Notes under the pieces: generated by a model
What the model was told of the DNA's origin: nothing
The model's database searches: none
What the model saw: the letters and a program-made list of their open reading frames with translations, nothing else
From: Centroscyllium fabricii
Taxonomy: Eukaryota
Length of the DNA stretch: 64,000 bases
Reading direction: 5' to 3'
Assembly (NCBI GenBank): GCA_051313645.2
Contig: JBNRSN020000003.1
Span: 251,472,001 to 251,536,000, forward strand
Part shown: positions 10,892 through 24,327 of the stretch, in pieces
Layout of the letters: every line of letters starts with the position of its first letter
How positions within the stretch are numbered: the first letter of the stretch is position 1
Translations under genes and position numbers: made by a program

Positions 10892-11570
10892 CACTCGGGT
10901 GTCACCAGACTTGCCCACTTCGTTAGATCCCGTAGCCTCCCCTACTCCATCACGGAGATCAAGGCTATGACCCGAGAGTGCCCTGTTTACACCGAGTGCA
11001 AACCCCAATTTTTCCGGCCAGACACGGTGCACCTCATTAAAGCCACCCGCCCCTTTGAACGTCTAAGCGAGGGCTTCAAAGGCCCCCTCCCCTCCACCGA
11101 CCGCAACTCGTACTTCCTCACAGTCGTAGACGAGTTCTCCCGCTTCCCCTTCGCCTTCCCCTGCCCAGATATGATGAGCGCAACGGTGATAAAACACTTC
11201 ACCACGCTGTTCGCCATTTTCGGTCTCCCCAGCTACATTCATAGCGACCGAGGGTCATCGTTCATGAGCGATGAACTGCGCCAGTTTCTGCTCCAGAAAG
11301 GGGTTTCCTCGAGCAGAACGACCAGTTACAACCCCCGGGGGAACGGCCAGGTAGAAAGGGAGAATGGGATCATCTGGAAGGCGGTCTCCCTGGCTCTGAA
11401 GTCCAGAGGCCTTCCAGTGTCCCATTGGCAGGCAGTCCTCCCAGACGCGCTGCACTCGATACGCTCTCTGCTATGTACGGCCACCAACGCCACCCCTCAT
11501 GATTTAATGTTTTCCTTTCCCAGGAAGTCGACTTCAGGGACGGCTCTTCCACTATGGCTCACGACACTGG
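10892..11570 (+). pseudogene. Integrase of element C
   Basis: VVDEFSRFPFA, IHSDRGSSF, NPRGNGQVEREN; lies beyond a premature stop. Confidence 0.88.
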
Positions 11571-11674
11571 GCTACAAAACATTTCTAGCTCAATGCGTTG
11601 AAAACATGTTTGTGAAGCGAAAAATCAGCAAAGAAAGTTTGGGGGCTCATCAAAGTGTTCACACTCCTCACTAC

Positions 11675-12080
11675 TACTATCAGATGTCTCGAATTTAAAA
11701 TCTCAATTTTGTGTTCAAATCACTCCATGGCCTTGCCCCTCTCTATCTCGGTAAACACCTTCAGCCCTACAACCCTCCGAGATCTCTGCTCTACTCCAAT
11801 TCTTGCCTCTTGCGCGGCCTTGATTGATTTCCTTCACTCCACCATTGGCGGCCGTGCCTTCAGCTGCCTGGGGCATAAGTTCTGGAATTCCCTCCCTAGA
11901 CCTCTCCATCTCTGTACCTCTCTCTTCTTCTTTAAGATGCTCCTTTAAACCTACCTCTTTGACCAAGGTTTCGGTCACCTTTCCTAATATCTCTTTATAT
12001 GGCTCGGTGTCAAAAATTTTTGTTAACATCTTGGAACTTTTCACTACATTGAAGGCGACATGTAAATGCAAATTGTTGTC
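11675..12080 (+). mobile_element. L2-type LINE 3' fragment
   Basis: ..FKI..GGRAFS....WNSLP..L..S...FK..L C-terminal RT motif, then a ..TAAATGCAAATTGTTG tail. Confidence 0.7.
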
Positions 12081-14052
12081 TGGGGGAGCAGATGCACCTG
12101 GTTTATATGGGTTTCATTTACCCCAAGTGCAGCAGTGCCGTTAAAGCAGGAAATTCTCATGCACAGCACCACCAGATGATTAGCGCTTTTATGCAAATGA
12201 ATCTATAACAGTGTAACTTAAGCATTACTGCCAAAGATCATGAGGATATTCACCCCCAAAGTTTTAAAACATACCTCTGTATTTCCCAAATTCCAAGAGC
12301 TAAATTTAAAATATTTGGTAGATACAAGGTTATTTGAAATAAATGAAGTGTACAATAGTACAAAATAACTTAAGGTGGATCCATTTTTGTTGGTAAAACT
12401 AAATGGCAAATTCAACTCTTAAAACACCTTTTCCAAGAGTAAATATGAACAATGTAGCACAATAATTGACATTTTTATCCAAATAAACCCTTGCAAAGAG
12501 ATGCTTCCCGACTGCTAACCTGCAGGCTGAATTCACTTATGGATGCTTCTGGCCATGCAGAATGGTCTAATTCACTATACACTGCTGGATTTTCATTATA
12601 AACCACTCAGTTAAATTAACAGCTAAGGGACTTAATGAAAGCATTCTAGCATGTATTCATGGTGTGTAACAATATTGTGCAAGTCATTCAATCAGGTGTA
12701 TATTAAATAAAACTAATTAAAAACTTAACCTTGCCATACACAAAGCTGTGTTAAGTTGTTGAACTTTGAGGGGCAGAATATCAAAATTAGTTTGTGTTCC
12801 ACACAGTATGAAAGATTGGCAATGAATATATTTTGCATTATTAGCATATTTGAGCCTAGACAGTTCTGTGGCCTGAATGCTTTACATATTCTTATAGTAT
12901 TCCTTTGTCTACTATTTCAGTGAATGCAGTGACCTATTTAAAATAAACAAGTTAATGTCTGCGCTGAGAGCAGGCTGAGGAATTTCATATGAACATGTTA
13001 AGCGTCCACTATTATTACCAAAAGTAATTTCTAGACTTTATTTTTTTGAAGTAGTAATTTATTTGTCCCACAGTTTTGAATTGTATGCATGTTACTCCAT
13101 TCAGTGCCGCACAATGCAAATGTGGGAATGGCTACCATCAGGAATTACAAATAGCCTGAGGTTTTATCTGCACCAGCAAAGTCCTATGCCAGACTTACAT
13201 ACAGCAAGGTACAAAGATCACATAGGCTTGTGACAGAAGCAATAAAATTGCAAAAAGAATCAAACATGGTACTGGTGTTAAAGACTCCTGTGAAGCAATG
13301 ACACATCGGAACAACTTTTGGAGTTTGCATAGTATACAACTGGACACAAATACAGTATTGTGGGTGCTTGCCAACAAAAAAAAGTGTGGTGTACAAGAAT
13401 CAATTGAAAGATGACTGGAAATAATTGTTATTGCAGTAAACTGAAACATGAGCAGAAAGAAGTGAGAAACAATTTTTTTAAAGTTTAAACTCCAGAGAAA
13501 ATCGTGAGGCCCATCTCCTCTGCGTGATAATCAAGACACAAGGGTAAAGGCATCCAGGGGCTTTGGCACAATTTTTAATAATATAATTGATTGTGAAGTT
13601 ACTGTAGCTGCTGGTAAAGGGTTTGTCCTGGAACTGTTTGTTCCTTTTTGTTTCAAAATAGCTGGAAAAAATTACAGAACTGCATATAAATGTTAGAAAA
13701 GTCAAAGGCTATAACAACATAGGTTGTGCCAAATGTTGACAGTATGAGGGATTCATTCTATAAACCTGTTCACGCAGTTGAGTATATCCCAGCCCTATCC
13801 TCCCACTGAAGGAAGTATCCTCAAAATTCGATAACAGTTTGTTAAGCTTATCCAGGAAACAAAATAACACATACAGCCAAGGTTTTATTTTTAAAGGGGA
13901 ATGTAAGTTCAGCTCTTCCCAAACCCCACAGGGCCAATTTTCACCTGCAAACCTAAGTCAGTGTCAAATGCCTAAGAACTGCTACAGATCTCATCCAAAA
14001 GATCAGGTAAAAATAGTAGGTCATTCTCTGGTGTAAGCTCATTTGAATTATT

Positions 14053-14913
14053 GGGCCAGAAATTCGGGTGCCTAGTACCACTTGCACCCGCACGGAAGGG
14101 GGCCAATATGCCCCGTGCGATGATCGCACGGGGCATGCCCATGGATCGGAGCTTTCCGATGCTGAGGGAGAAGAGGCCTCAGCATGGAACGCACAAAAGA
14201 ATTGCACCCAAAAATCCCGATGTTTTTGGGTGTGATTCTGTGCGTTCATCTGTGGGCAAATGGGCTTGGAGCTGCACGGGAAAAAAGGAGTTGTAACCTG
14301 TGCGTTGGTGAGAGCAGTGCGTTCCTAAACAAGGTAATTGACTTTTTTACCTTTAATTTTAAGTTTTATAAATTTTTTGGAGTAATGTGGCCAGATCGCT
14401 ATCATTAAATTTGGCTGTTAAAGTTTTTAACAAAATTCTAAAAATCCGAATTTCAATTGTTATACCTATTCCAAATCGCTTATTTTTAAATTTAAAGTTC
14501 TGAAATTTTTAACTATTTCCTTAATTTAAAAAACGAAGAGAACAAATCGCCAAGACTTACCGACATTGAAAAGCTGCTCTGGCCACGGTGCTCACTGCCG
14601 AGTCTGTGGGTGCAGCAGTGGGCGTGGTCCTAATAACGGCCTCACGTCCCTGCTCTCTAAGAAGTCCGACTGTGAAGCAGGGGGCGTTTTTTATTTAAAT
14701 TAGGGATCTGTGGGCAGGGCATCACTGCTACGCATGCACGACGGCAGCGCATATACAGCGCTCCTAGCGTGGCTGGACTGCCACGCAGCCCAGGAATGGA
14801 GCGGAGCCAACAAGAAGTTCTGGCCGTAAAAAATGTGCGATTCTGGTGCGGTGCTAAAGGTGTCCGCATGGTCCTTGCACCCGCACAAACCGGCAGACTG
14901 GAATTTCTGGCCC
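14053..14913. mobile_element. Complete Harbinger-type MITE
   Basis: TIR GGGCCAGAAATTC ... GAATTTCTGGCCC; 3-bp TSD ATT on both sides; non-coding. Confidence 0.85.
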
Positions 14914-15988
14914 ATTATTCACAGCACCAGGTGCAGTCTCAGACAGGTCTGGAGAGAACTTAGTGGTTGGAAAGGAAAATTACAAATAAGTCAAATTCAA
15001 ACGAGGGGGGCAGCTAAAGGGGAGTGTCCCAATGGTGGTGATGGAGATGGATGGGAATTCAGAAAGCCTTTGGAGAGTCTTAATGCATCAGCAGCCCGTG
15101 ATCATTTGAAGAGATAGGCGATTTAGAAGTGGCAGGCAAAAATGAAGGTAAAGGGAACCTAGGTGCAGACCTGAGTCTGTAGAAAAGTAACCAACATTCA
15201 ACCCCACTGTTTCATGGGTGCTGAAGTTGAAATACTGCTGCATGAGGTGCCTGTGAGGAGGGTGCATCTGTGCCATTGAACTGCACCATCACCATGGGTT
15301 AGCACAATAGCAACAACAACAACTTGCATTCATATATCACCTTTATCGTAGTAAAACATCCCAAGTCGCTTCACAGGAGTGTAATCAGACAGAAAATTGC
15401 CTGCAAAAAGCTTCAGCCCAGTTTCAGGTCACAGATGAACTGCCTCTAATGGCTCATCCCTGCGCTGCAGTACAGTCACAGGTATCTCTGAAGCAGATGG
15501 AAAAGCTTTGCAACTGCCTTGCTGCTGACACAGACCCTTAGAAGACGGGTCCCTACCATCATTGGCAGGTGTGCATGCCAGGGCCTCCAGAAATGGTTGG
15601 TGGCATCTTGTGAATCAGCCAACACTAGTTCTTGATCACTCTGGCATGTCGTCTTTCATGCAGTTCCACCTATAGCAGAACATGCTATGATTGGGGTGCT
15701 TCTGAAGACTCATTCATCATAACATTTAGTCATGCATTCACATATCATTGTGTTGCAGTTAAAGATGTGCTGGCACAGCTTCCTTTGGAAAGAAGAGCTT
15801 CCACCGGCATTACATCTGTCAAATCTCTTCACAGATGGAAACCAATTGGTCCAGTAAAGGGAATTGGGGGCAAGAAAATAATAATTAATGATAACTGGCA
15901 CAAAGGCTCATGAAAGTCTAAGTGACAGTAGGAGAAAAAGGAAAATAACAAAACTGGCCTATAAATGGTCTAAGACCACATAAGCCTT

Positions 15989-17008
15989 GGGGCACATTTG
16001 GGGCGGGCGGGGTGTTGGGCAGGCGAGTGTTCCCCTGGGCCATTTTAACTCCTGGGCTCATTTGAATACATTCAGGCGCAAATTGGGTAGCTGCTGAACT
16101 CTCACACACTACTTCCAGGTCCAGCCTTTGAAGAGCATTTAAAGTGACGATGCACCTCTTAAAACTTGTAGGATGAAAAATTCAGTTGCTTTGCACCTCC
16201 TGTTAGCACCCAGGCATGGTGATGTTTGCGCCGCTCACAAAATTGACCAGATATTTTGCAGCGGCGCTAAACTCTACCGCCACGATCTCCTGCACCTGCA
16301 GATCGTGACGTCAGTCAAGCATGCAATGCTCCGTAACACCCTGGACCAGATATTGAGTGGCGCCCCCTGCGTTTCTGCCTGCCGGTAGCAATGACGGGTT
16401 GAGGGGGACGTTTTGCAGTCGGGACTGGGGGAGCGCTATTTAAAGGCGGCCACTTCCTGCCTTTTTTAGGTCACCGACATTTTTGCGCCACGCATTCTGA
16501 GAGAGAGAGAGAGAGACTTCTGGAGAAATTCTTCACTGTGTGAAGGAGTTTTGGGTACTGAGCAGCACTTTGCAGGTTCATTTTGATTTGACCTTCCTTG
16601 CATCAATTTAAAAGAGACTTGAGGGCTGCACTCTGAGCTCTTTCCCTGGGTCTCTCCGTTGTTCTTTCCAGCAGAATTGATGTACAGGTCTCTCCAGGCC
16701 AAGATTCAAGGCTGCAATGAGCAGGGTGATGATGAAGAGCAATATCAACCCACCCCTTTAAGAACTGGCCGGCTCGAGTGTGTCTGTGTTCCACTGCTGA
16801 ACGACATCACATGAGCTCCGCCAGCGCTCTAAGCTCACGCCTCGCTCCTCGGCGTTAGCCCCTTCAAAGAGGTGTGTAGCGCCTGATTTATCGCTCCAGG
16901 GGTTATAGAAGCCAAGTTTGCAGTCAGAAGCGATAATTAACACTAGGCGCTAAACTTCGCGCCCGGCCGATAATTGCCCCCCAAAAGGGGCGATACTGAA
17001 TTTTCCCA
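15989..17008. mobile_element. Probable Harbinger-type non-autonomous element
   Basis: GGGGCA.ATT-like and AATTGCCCC/AATTTTCCC ends, GC-rich, recurrent GCGCTAA motifs; boundaries approximate. Confidence 0.45.
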
Positions 17009-17088
17009 CTGTAAAATTTGGAGCTCATTTGGAGTGTTCTTTTAGGAAGCCTCAACTAATCTTCAGTGGCTGACAGAGTGAGAAAGAG

Positions 17089-17275
17089 ATGAGCAGAAGA
17101 ACTGCCCTCTACCTCTCGAATGGCTTCCTGGAGGTTTTAATTGAGCAGATAAGAACAATGAGGGAGGTCCGCTTCCCCACCACACGCACATGTGTTCAAA
17201 AGATAACAGTGGTGCAGGTTAGGACAGGTGTTGCTGATAGGGTCAGTGCCAAGCACATCGCCCCGGTAGCGCCCC
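17089..17275 (+). pseudogene. Fragment of a Harbinger Myb/SANT-like gene, exon 1
   Basis: MSRR..LS...LEVLIEQI....EVRFP...V...VS......R resembles the exon at 41518-41781. Confidence 0.45.
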
Positions 17276-17917
17276 GGACCTGAAATTGACTTCCGCCCCC
17301 TGCAGCAGCGCTGGGTGAAAACACTGACAGCTGCAGGAGGCATGCATCAGGTGGCTGGCCGCTTCGGGGGCAATGATTAAAGGCGAGGTAGCCGAGGTAA
17401 GCAAAAACACACTTACTTTTCTGGTTCCATTTTTTTTCGTGGGTTTCTGCCCACAATCAATCAGCCTGACACTCTGCTTGATTGCTCGGCTGATCGTGCT
17501 GGATTGCGGCTGCCTTGGTGGTCCAGGTAGGTACTTTTTATATTGCAGAACCTGCAGTGATGGCCCTTCCCTTTAAGGGAGGGAAGGAGCCTTTGAATAC
17601 GGCAGCGCTGCACGGCCCAGTGTGCACGGCCCAGTGTGCATCACTGCTCAGGTCTCCGCCCCGCCTGCTGCTGATTGCGCTCCTAGAAGGAAGTGGAGCT
17701 CTTGATTTTGATCTCCACTTCCTTCTTGGAGTGCATAAACAATTTTTTTTTAAGTCTTGGAACATTTTAGCCTGGCGTTAATTTTGCAAACTTTTAGGGG
17801 GCAAAATTGAGTCACGCAGCATTTGGGGGCTAATTTGCCCGGACAAATTAGCGCCCCCGAAGCCGAAATTGAATGGTAGCTCCCCAAGCGGGGAGTGTTT
17901 TAAAAAAAATAAAAAAA

Positions 17918-20900
17918 TATTCATTGATGGGATGTGGGTGTCGCTGGCTGGCTTGGCCTGCATTTAATGCCCATCCCGAATTGCCCTTGAGAAGATGGTG
18001 GTTGATGTAATAAACGAGTCTGATGAATCAATAACTTTAAAGTAAAGTTTTAAGCCACTATATTGTCACTATTTACAAAGGTGGGTTTTACCATGCTTCC
18101 GGATGAAGCATCTACATCATACTGAGCAGTTCTAGTATTTACACCATCTGGGCACAGGAAGTGACATGTATAGAGTTCACCTTTCAACCTTCCCCCGGAA
18201 GTTTGTTCAATATCACCACATTCTTCCCTCCTGCAAAATTAGAAGGCAGGAATCTTCTTTTTATTCTGGAGTAGCCGAACAAGGAGGAGTCGCACCCATT
18301 TGAGTTCTCGGTGCTGGGTTGATGGTCCGTCCCTATGGACAATGTCTGGGTCTCTGGACCGTTTACCAGCTGTTGGCCACTGGTCGGAACCCGCGTGGCC
18401 TGGATTACCCTGTGAAGGGTCTGGGAGATCATGGCTCCGCGTACGAGCTCCAATAGGGGCAGAGCTGTTCTGTCCCGGATCAGGGGGAGGCACAGAGCTG
18501 GTCTGTGGCCAATTGGCACTTTGGCGTGAGGCACCGGGAGGATCATGACTCCGTGTACGAGCCCCCACGGGCTCAGAGTCGGTTGGTGACTGGTCAGTGT
18601 CATGGAAAGTGGTACTTGGCGGGTCGTACCTTCGAGTGTGGGATTCTACCTGCGCAAAGCTAGTTGGTGTCAGATCAGGGTCCTGGAGAGTGGTACCCGA
18701 TGGGTCCCTCGAGACCCCTGGTAGGATATTATCACTTGGTGTCCCTCTAGGTCCTGGTGGACAGGGTGCCAGGTCCCATAATGATACGGTAGACTCTTGA
18801 CCGTCGGGATATCGTATGTGGGCATAGGTAGGGTTGGTATCGGTTATTTCGATCTCGTCCACGAGAGAGTCATTTTTAGACATTTGAACGTATCTTCGGA
18901 GCAATACGGGTCATGGGGTAGTTAGCCATGACGGAAGAGATGCCCCATGGGATGAGCGACGCTGGAATCTAAAGAACCGTTCATGAGGTATAGTATTTGT
19001 GGCTGTAGAAAGAAGGGACCGGAGAGAGTGTAATGCATCCGGAAGCACTGCTTCCCATTGCTGGTTTGGTATGCCCTGAGATCTTAAAGCAAGACATACA
19101 GAATTCCAGATGATACTGTTATATCTCTCTACCTGTCCATTTCCAATGGGATGATATGGCGTCGTTTTGCTTGTCGCAATTCCCCATTCTGAGAGGTAGT
19201 CCTTGAGTTCGCTTGACATAAAAGATGGACCCCGATCCGAGTGAATGTAGGCCGCCATGCCACAGAGAGAACATACTTGCTCAAGGCAGTTGATTACAGT
19301 GGATGCCAGCATATTGGAGCAGGGGAAGGCAAACGGAAATCGTGAATACTCATCGATCATGGTGAGCAAATATATGTTCCGTATTGAAGAGGGCAATGGG
19401 CCCTTGAAGTCGACACAAAGTCATTGCATCGGTTGGTTTGCATGTATGAGCGCACCATCTGAGGGGCGGAAGAACTGAGGTTTCAATTCTGCACAAATTC
19501 AGCATTCGGAGCACATTTTCTTTATATCCCCAGTAGACAATGGGAGATTCCGCGATCGCACAAAATGTAGCATGTGAGTCACACCAGGATGGCACAAACC
19601 ATCATGGATATCTATGAGAGTAGAGGATGACATGGCAGAGCAGAATGCTCGTGTGAGGGTATCCGGGGCCACATTCTCCTTGCCAGGTCGCTAGTGAATG
19701 GTGTAACCAAAAGAGGCCAATCCCATCCTCTAAAGCTGTATTTTATTGTTCTTAATTTTAGATCGCTTTCGATTATTGAGCATGAAGGTGACTGATCGCT
19801 GGTCCGTGATTAATGTAAAGTGCCGGCGAGCTAGGAAATGGTTCCACTTCCGTACCGCCTCTATGATGGCTGTGGCTTCCTTCTCAACTGGAGGATAATG
19901 TATCTCGGCACCTTGTAAGGCTCTGGGCATAAATGCTACAGGACGGCCTTCCTGATTTAGAGTAGCTGAGATCGCCACCTCCGAAGCATCACATTCGACT
20001 ACAAAAGGGAGGTTCTCATTGATGGAGTGAAGAGTCGCTTCCTCCAATTGTTTCTTGAGAAGGTTAAAGGCTTCAACAGCCACTGTTCCCAACGGAAATG
20101 TTCTAGCTTTCAGTAAGGGATGAATTTTATCTGAATAATTAGGAATCCATTTGGCGTAGTATGCAAAAAGACCAAGGGCCCGATGTAAAGAAGCCGGATT
20201 GTTAGGTGAAGGGAGCTCCTGGAGCGGGCGAAGTCTTTCCGGGTCTGTTTTAATGATACCATTGCCTACGCAGTAGCCAAGAATGTTGATGGTCGGTTGC
20301 GATTCCACAGATTTGGATTCATTTAAAGTTAAGTTATGGTGATGGAGAGCATCCCGAAATCTTCGGAGTTTGATGTCATGTTCCTGCTGGCCTGCAACAG
20401 TAATGTTATCAAGATAGAGAAAAGTATCCCTTAAGTTTTCCTGCTTAACCAGGCCAGCCATTGCCCGTTGGAAGACAGCTACTCTATTAGTGACCCCGAA
20501 TGGGAGGCGACGAAATTGATACAGCTGTCCATTAGCCTCAAAGGCCGTGTGCTTCTTATCTGAGACCCGTAAGGGTATCTGATGATAGACACTCATTAAA
20601 TCAAAGGTTGAGAACACTATGTATTTGGCCAGTTTATTAACCGTGTCACCAATGCGTGGAAATGGGTAAGCATCCAGGTCAGTATATTGATTGACGGTTT
20701 GAGAGTAATCAATGCATAGTCATTTTTTGTGGGGTTTTAGAGGGTTCTTAACCATGACGATTTAAGCCCACCAGGGCGATGAACATGGTTCGATGATATC
20801 CTCTGCTAAAAGTCGAGAGATTTCCGTCTCAATACAAGATTGATCTTCATGGCTGAAGTGCCGAGATTTGATTATTATTGGTTTGCATTGAGGAGGAATA

Positions 20901-22967
20901 CTGGCGAATAATGAGGGTTCATCAAGTGAGGCTGCTGACAGTGCACAAAATGGAAATTTAGACGGTAAATTAAAAATAGAAAGTCCAGGTTTGGATCCGC
21001 CAAGCTCAATGATGAGTTTTTTATGCTGTTTTTGAAAATCCAGTCCGAGGATGAGATCACTACATAAGTCCTTGAGCACCGAGAGCCGAGTAGAGGGATA
21101 CATGCGGCCATTAAGTATCATGTCAATAATACAAAAGCTGGAGATTCTATGACTGAGCCATTGCAATTGCCTGGTCCGATGGGAAGATATGTAGTTTCAA
21201 TTTCTCAACAATCTGTTCTCTCATGAAACTATCAGTACTTCCTGAGTCAATTAAGGCATTAAAGGTATGCCCATTAATTGAAACTTTTGTAGCTGCATGA
21301 AATAAGCTTTGAGGGCAGGCAGCTGTAATTGGTGTGGTTGCACAGAGAGAGGCTGTAACTCTAGGTGTGCTTCTTCGGGAGGGAGCTCGATAGGTCCTAG
21401 CTGGAGCATCTTGATAGGCCCTAATTGGGGCAGTTCGGTAGGCCTTAGCTTGATAGACCCTCGTAGAGGCTCTTGATTGGCAAACTTTTACAAAGTATCC
21501 CTTTTTATTGCAATGACTGCAGATTGCATTTCGAGCAGGGCAGACTTTCCTAGGGTGAAAAAAATCTCCACAAAAGAAACAACTCTTCCTAGATTGCCAA
21601 GAGGCTGCTAAAGTGGGTTCATCGTCCTCCTCATCACTGAACTCATTAGGACTAGATTGTTCCATGATGGGGTCCACCTGAGGCCCCTTGAATGGTCTGA
21701 TTGCAGTTGCAGCAGCAATTCGAGATCTGGGCAGCTGATAGACGTCTGCATTTTGTTTTGTCAAATCCAGAGAACAAGCCAGGTCAAAAGCCTTTTGTAG
21801 CTCAAGCGTTTTTCTCTCTAGTAGACGCTGGCGTATAAATGGAGAGGCAATCCCGCAGATGAAAGCATCTCAAATAATTTCTTCATGGTACACCTCAGCC
21901 GAGGCTGCTTTAAAGTTACAATCTACACTGAGCCTGCGAAGTTCTTGAAGGAATTCGTTAATTGATTGCCCCAGCCTTTGTTGGGCCGTGGACAGTAAAT
22001 ATCTAGCATAGACCTCATTTGGGGTCTTAGTATATAGTTCTTTAAGTGCTTGGATTACAGTATCATAGTTTTCCCATTTATCAACATATTCATACAGATT
22101 TGGAGATACGTAGTTCACAAGTATCTGGAGTTTAGTGGTAGGATCCGTATTACATTCTTCAAGAAAATTCTCAAAGGTATGGTACCAATGCTTCCATACC
22201 TTGGCAGCTGCTGGTACCTTTGGGTCCAGATCAAGACTTTTAGGTTTGTGGATGCTTTCCATGATGGGTGGTTCCCTGGATCCTCAGTTCCGTGTTGTCC
22301 AAATGTTTCAAGAATTTTGAGTGTGAAATCTTTACTCAATTAAATTGATGTAGTAAACGAGTCTGATACATCAATAACATTACAGGAAAGTTTTAATCCA
22401 CTATATTGGCACTATTTACAAAGGTGGGTTTTACCATGCCTCCGGATGAAGCATCTATCCCATACTGAGCAGGTCTAGTATTTATACTATGTGGGCACAG
22501 GAAGTGACATGTACAGAGTTCACCATTCAACCTTTCCCTGGAAGTTTGTTCAATATCACCACAGTGGTGAGCCGACTTCTTGAACCGCTGCAGTCCACAT
22601 GGTGCAGGTACACCCACAATGTTGCGTAGCAGTTGTTTACAACTGAGTGGCTTGCTAGGCCATTTCAGAGGGCATTAAGAGTCAACCACATTGCTGTGGG
22701 TCTGGAGTCACATGTAGGCCAGACCAGGTAAGGACGGCAGATTTTCTTCCCTAAAGGACATTAGTGAACCAGATGGGTTTTTGCAACAATCGACAATGGT
22801 ATCATGGTCGCCATTGCTAAGACTAACATTTAATTCCAGAATTAAATTGAATTGAATTTAAATTCCACCAGCTGCCGTGGTGGGATTTGAACCCATATCC
22901 TCAGAGCATTTGACTGAGCCTCTGGCTTACTAGTCTAGTGACATAACCACTACGCCACCGCCTCCCC
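17918..22967 (-). mobile_element. tRNA-derived SINE split by element D
   Basis: Head at about 22870-22967 (minus: GGTGGCGTAGTGG A-box, GGTTCAAATCCC B-box). The body reads continuously across TSD GTGGT (..GAAGATGGTGGT|GAGCCG..). Confidence 0.7.
18003..22563 (-). mobile_element. Gypsy (Mag-like) LTR retrotransposon D, full length, decayed
   Basis: 218-bp LTRs at 22346-22563 and 18003-18220 (minus TGTGGTGATA..TACATCA). TSD GTGGT. PPT GGAGGGAAGAA. gag (22262-21147, knuckles), LIDSGS protease, RT YLDN, RNase H ECDAS, IN HSDRG/NGQVER. Confidence 0.96.
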
Positions 22968-24327
22968 AAATGCTACTGGAAGCATCCCACCTCCCTCTTG
23001 GGGCGCTTTCAGGGAATATCACAGCGCTACATGCCGCGGTATTGCAGGCCTCCATCCCCTTCTTAAATGGGAGCGGCCTTGCGCAGCATGGCCTGGGGCC
23101 CAGCTGGGCCACCAGGGATCGGAGTGTCGGCAAAAGAGCCTGGCACTCAAGAGAAGTGGCGGGCTCATGGAGTGTAGCCGGCACTCCATGGGGTGGGGGA
23201 TGGGCCAGGAGGCTGGGGACGGCAGCGGAGGCAGGTGCTGGTAGGCGGCCAGCAACAAAAATGGCCGCCCACACCTCACTTTAAAATAGCACTGCCCCGT
23301 CCGCAGGTAGGTCCCCCTGACACTATTGGACATAGCATCTGGCAGTAAGCCAGGGGGAGCTACTGAAGATCGCGGCAGGGGTGCTGCGCACACCGATGAC
23401 ATTATTGCTGGAGGCACCGCGCCATGGGGCGCTAACGGTTACCGCCACAGGTACCCTCCTGCTGAATTTCGCAGGAGACATTGGCGGCACCGCGCACGGG
23501 TGCTAGTTGCTTTGCGCCCCTTTAGTGCCCTCTTAAGATGCTAATGGGAGGTGCAAAGCAACCACATTTTTTCCCCTGAAAATTTAGCACCCCAAACAGA
23601 GCTATAATGAATTTCTCCCACCTTGTGTATTTATATAAATATCAGTCAATCCGGACTCCAATTTGATGGAACATTGACCCATTCTTTTTCCAGACCTTCT
23701 TATTTAATATTTTGATATCCCCTACCCCTTCTCCTTGCTCATAGATTGGTTATTTCCATTTGCCCTCTGATAGTATTTATTTATTATCACTATTTATTTC
23801 AGCTAAGCCTTGTGCTTCTATTCCAATTGCTTTATTAATCTTGCATTTCCTCTCCAGTCTCAAACCTAGCGTAATCCCTCCCACTGCAACTAGTCCAAAT
23901 ACCTAATACACTACTGCAGGAGACCCATGATTTCCAAGACACACCTCGACTTACACTGATATACAATTCTAGCATAGAAAAAATCTAAATGCACTTCACA
24001 GAGGACAAAACAGCAGATGATTAGGGGAACTAGTTGTGTTAAGTACTTTCAGGCACATATTGCCTGGTTTGAAAATGCTACTTAATAATAGAAACAGAGA
24101 TTTTGCTTGATTCTAGTCATTGAACATGTTACTAAATTTCATCGCAGGCTGATGCATTACCATTCACTCTTGAATATCAATTGATTTTTTTTCACAAAGG
24201 CAGACCATGTCATTATACAACCCTGTATTACAGATAAACTTGATTGACTGCCTTATCGTGCTTGTTCCCTTTGTTTCGTACTTTGCCACTGATGTGAAAA
24301 GTTCAATTTTGGAAAAATAGGTCCATG

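Larger units (their letters stand above)
7602..11570 (+). mobile_element. Gypsy (Mag-like) LTR retrotransposon C, 3'-truncated
   Basis: 5' LTR 7602-7879 (TGTGGTAACC..CGTCA). gag ATG at about 7905. Single gag-pol frame closely related to B. Breaks off in the integrase at LPLWLTT with no 3' LTR. Confidence 0.93.

Noticed and set aside
12100-14050. Possible host exons or enhancer in the AT-rich unique-looking stretch
   Set aside because: No ORF with a recognisable domain or convincing splice pair; cannot be supported without alignments.
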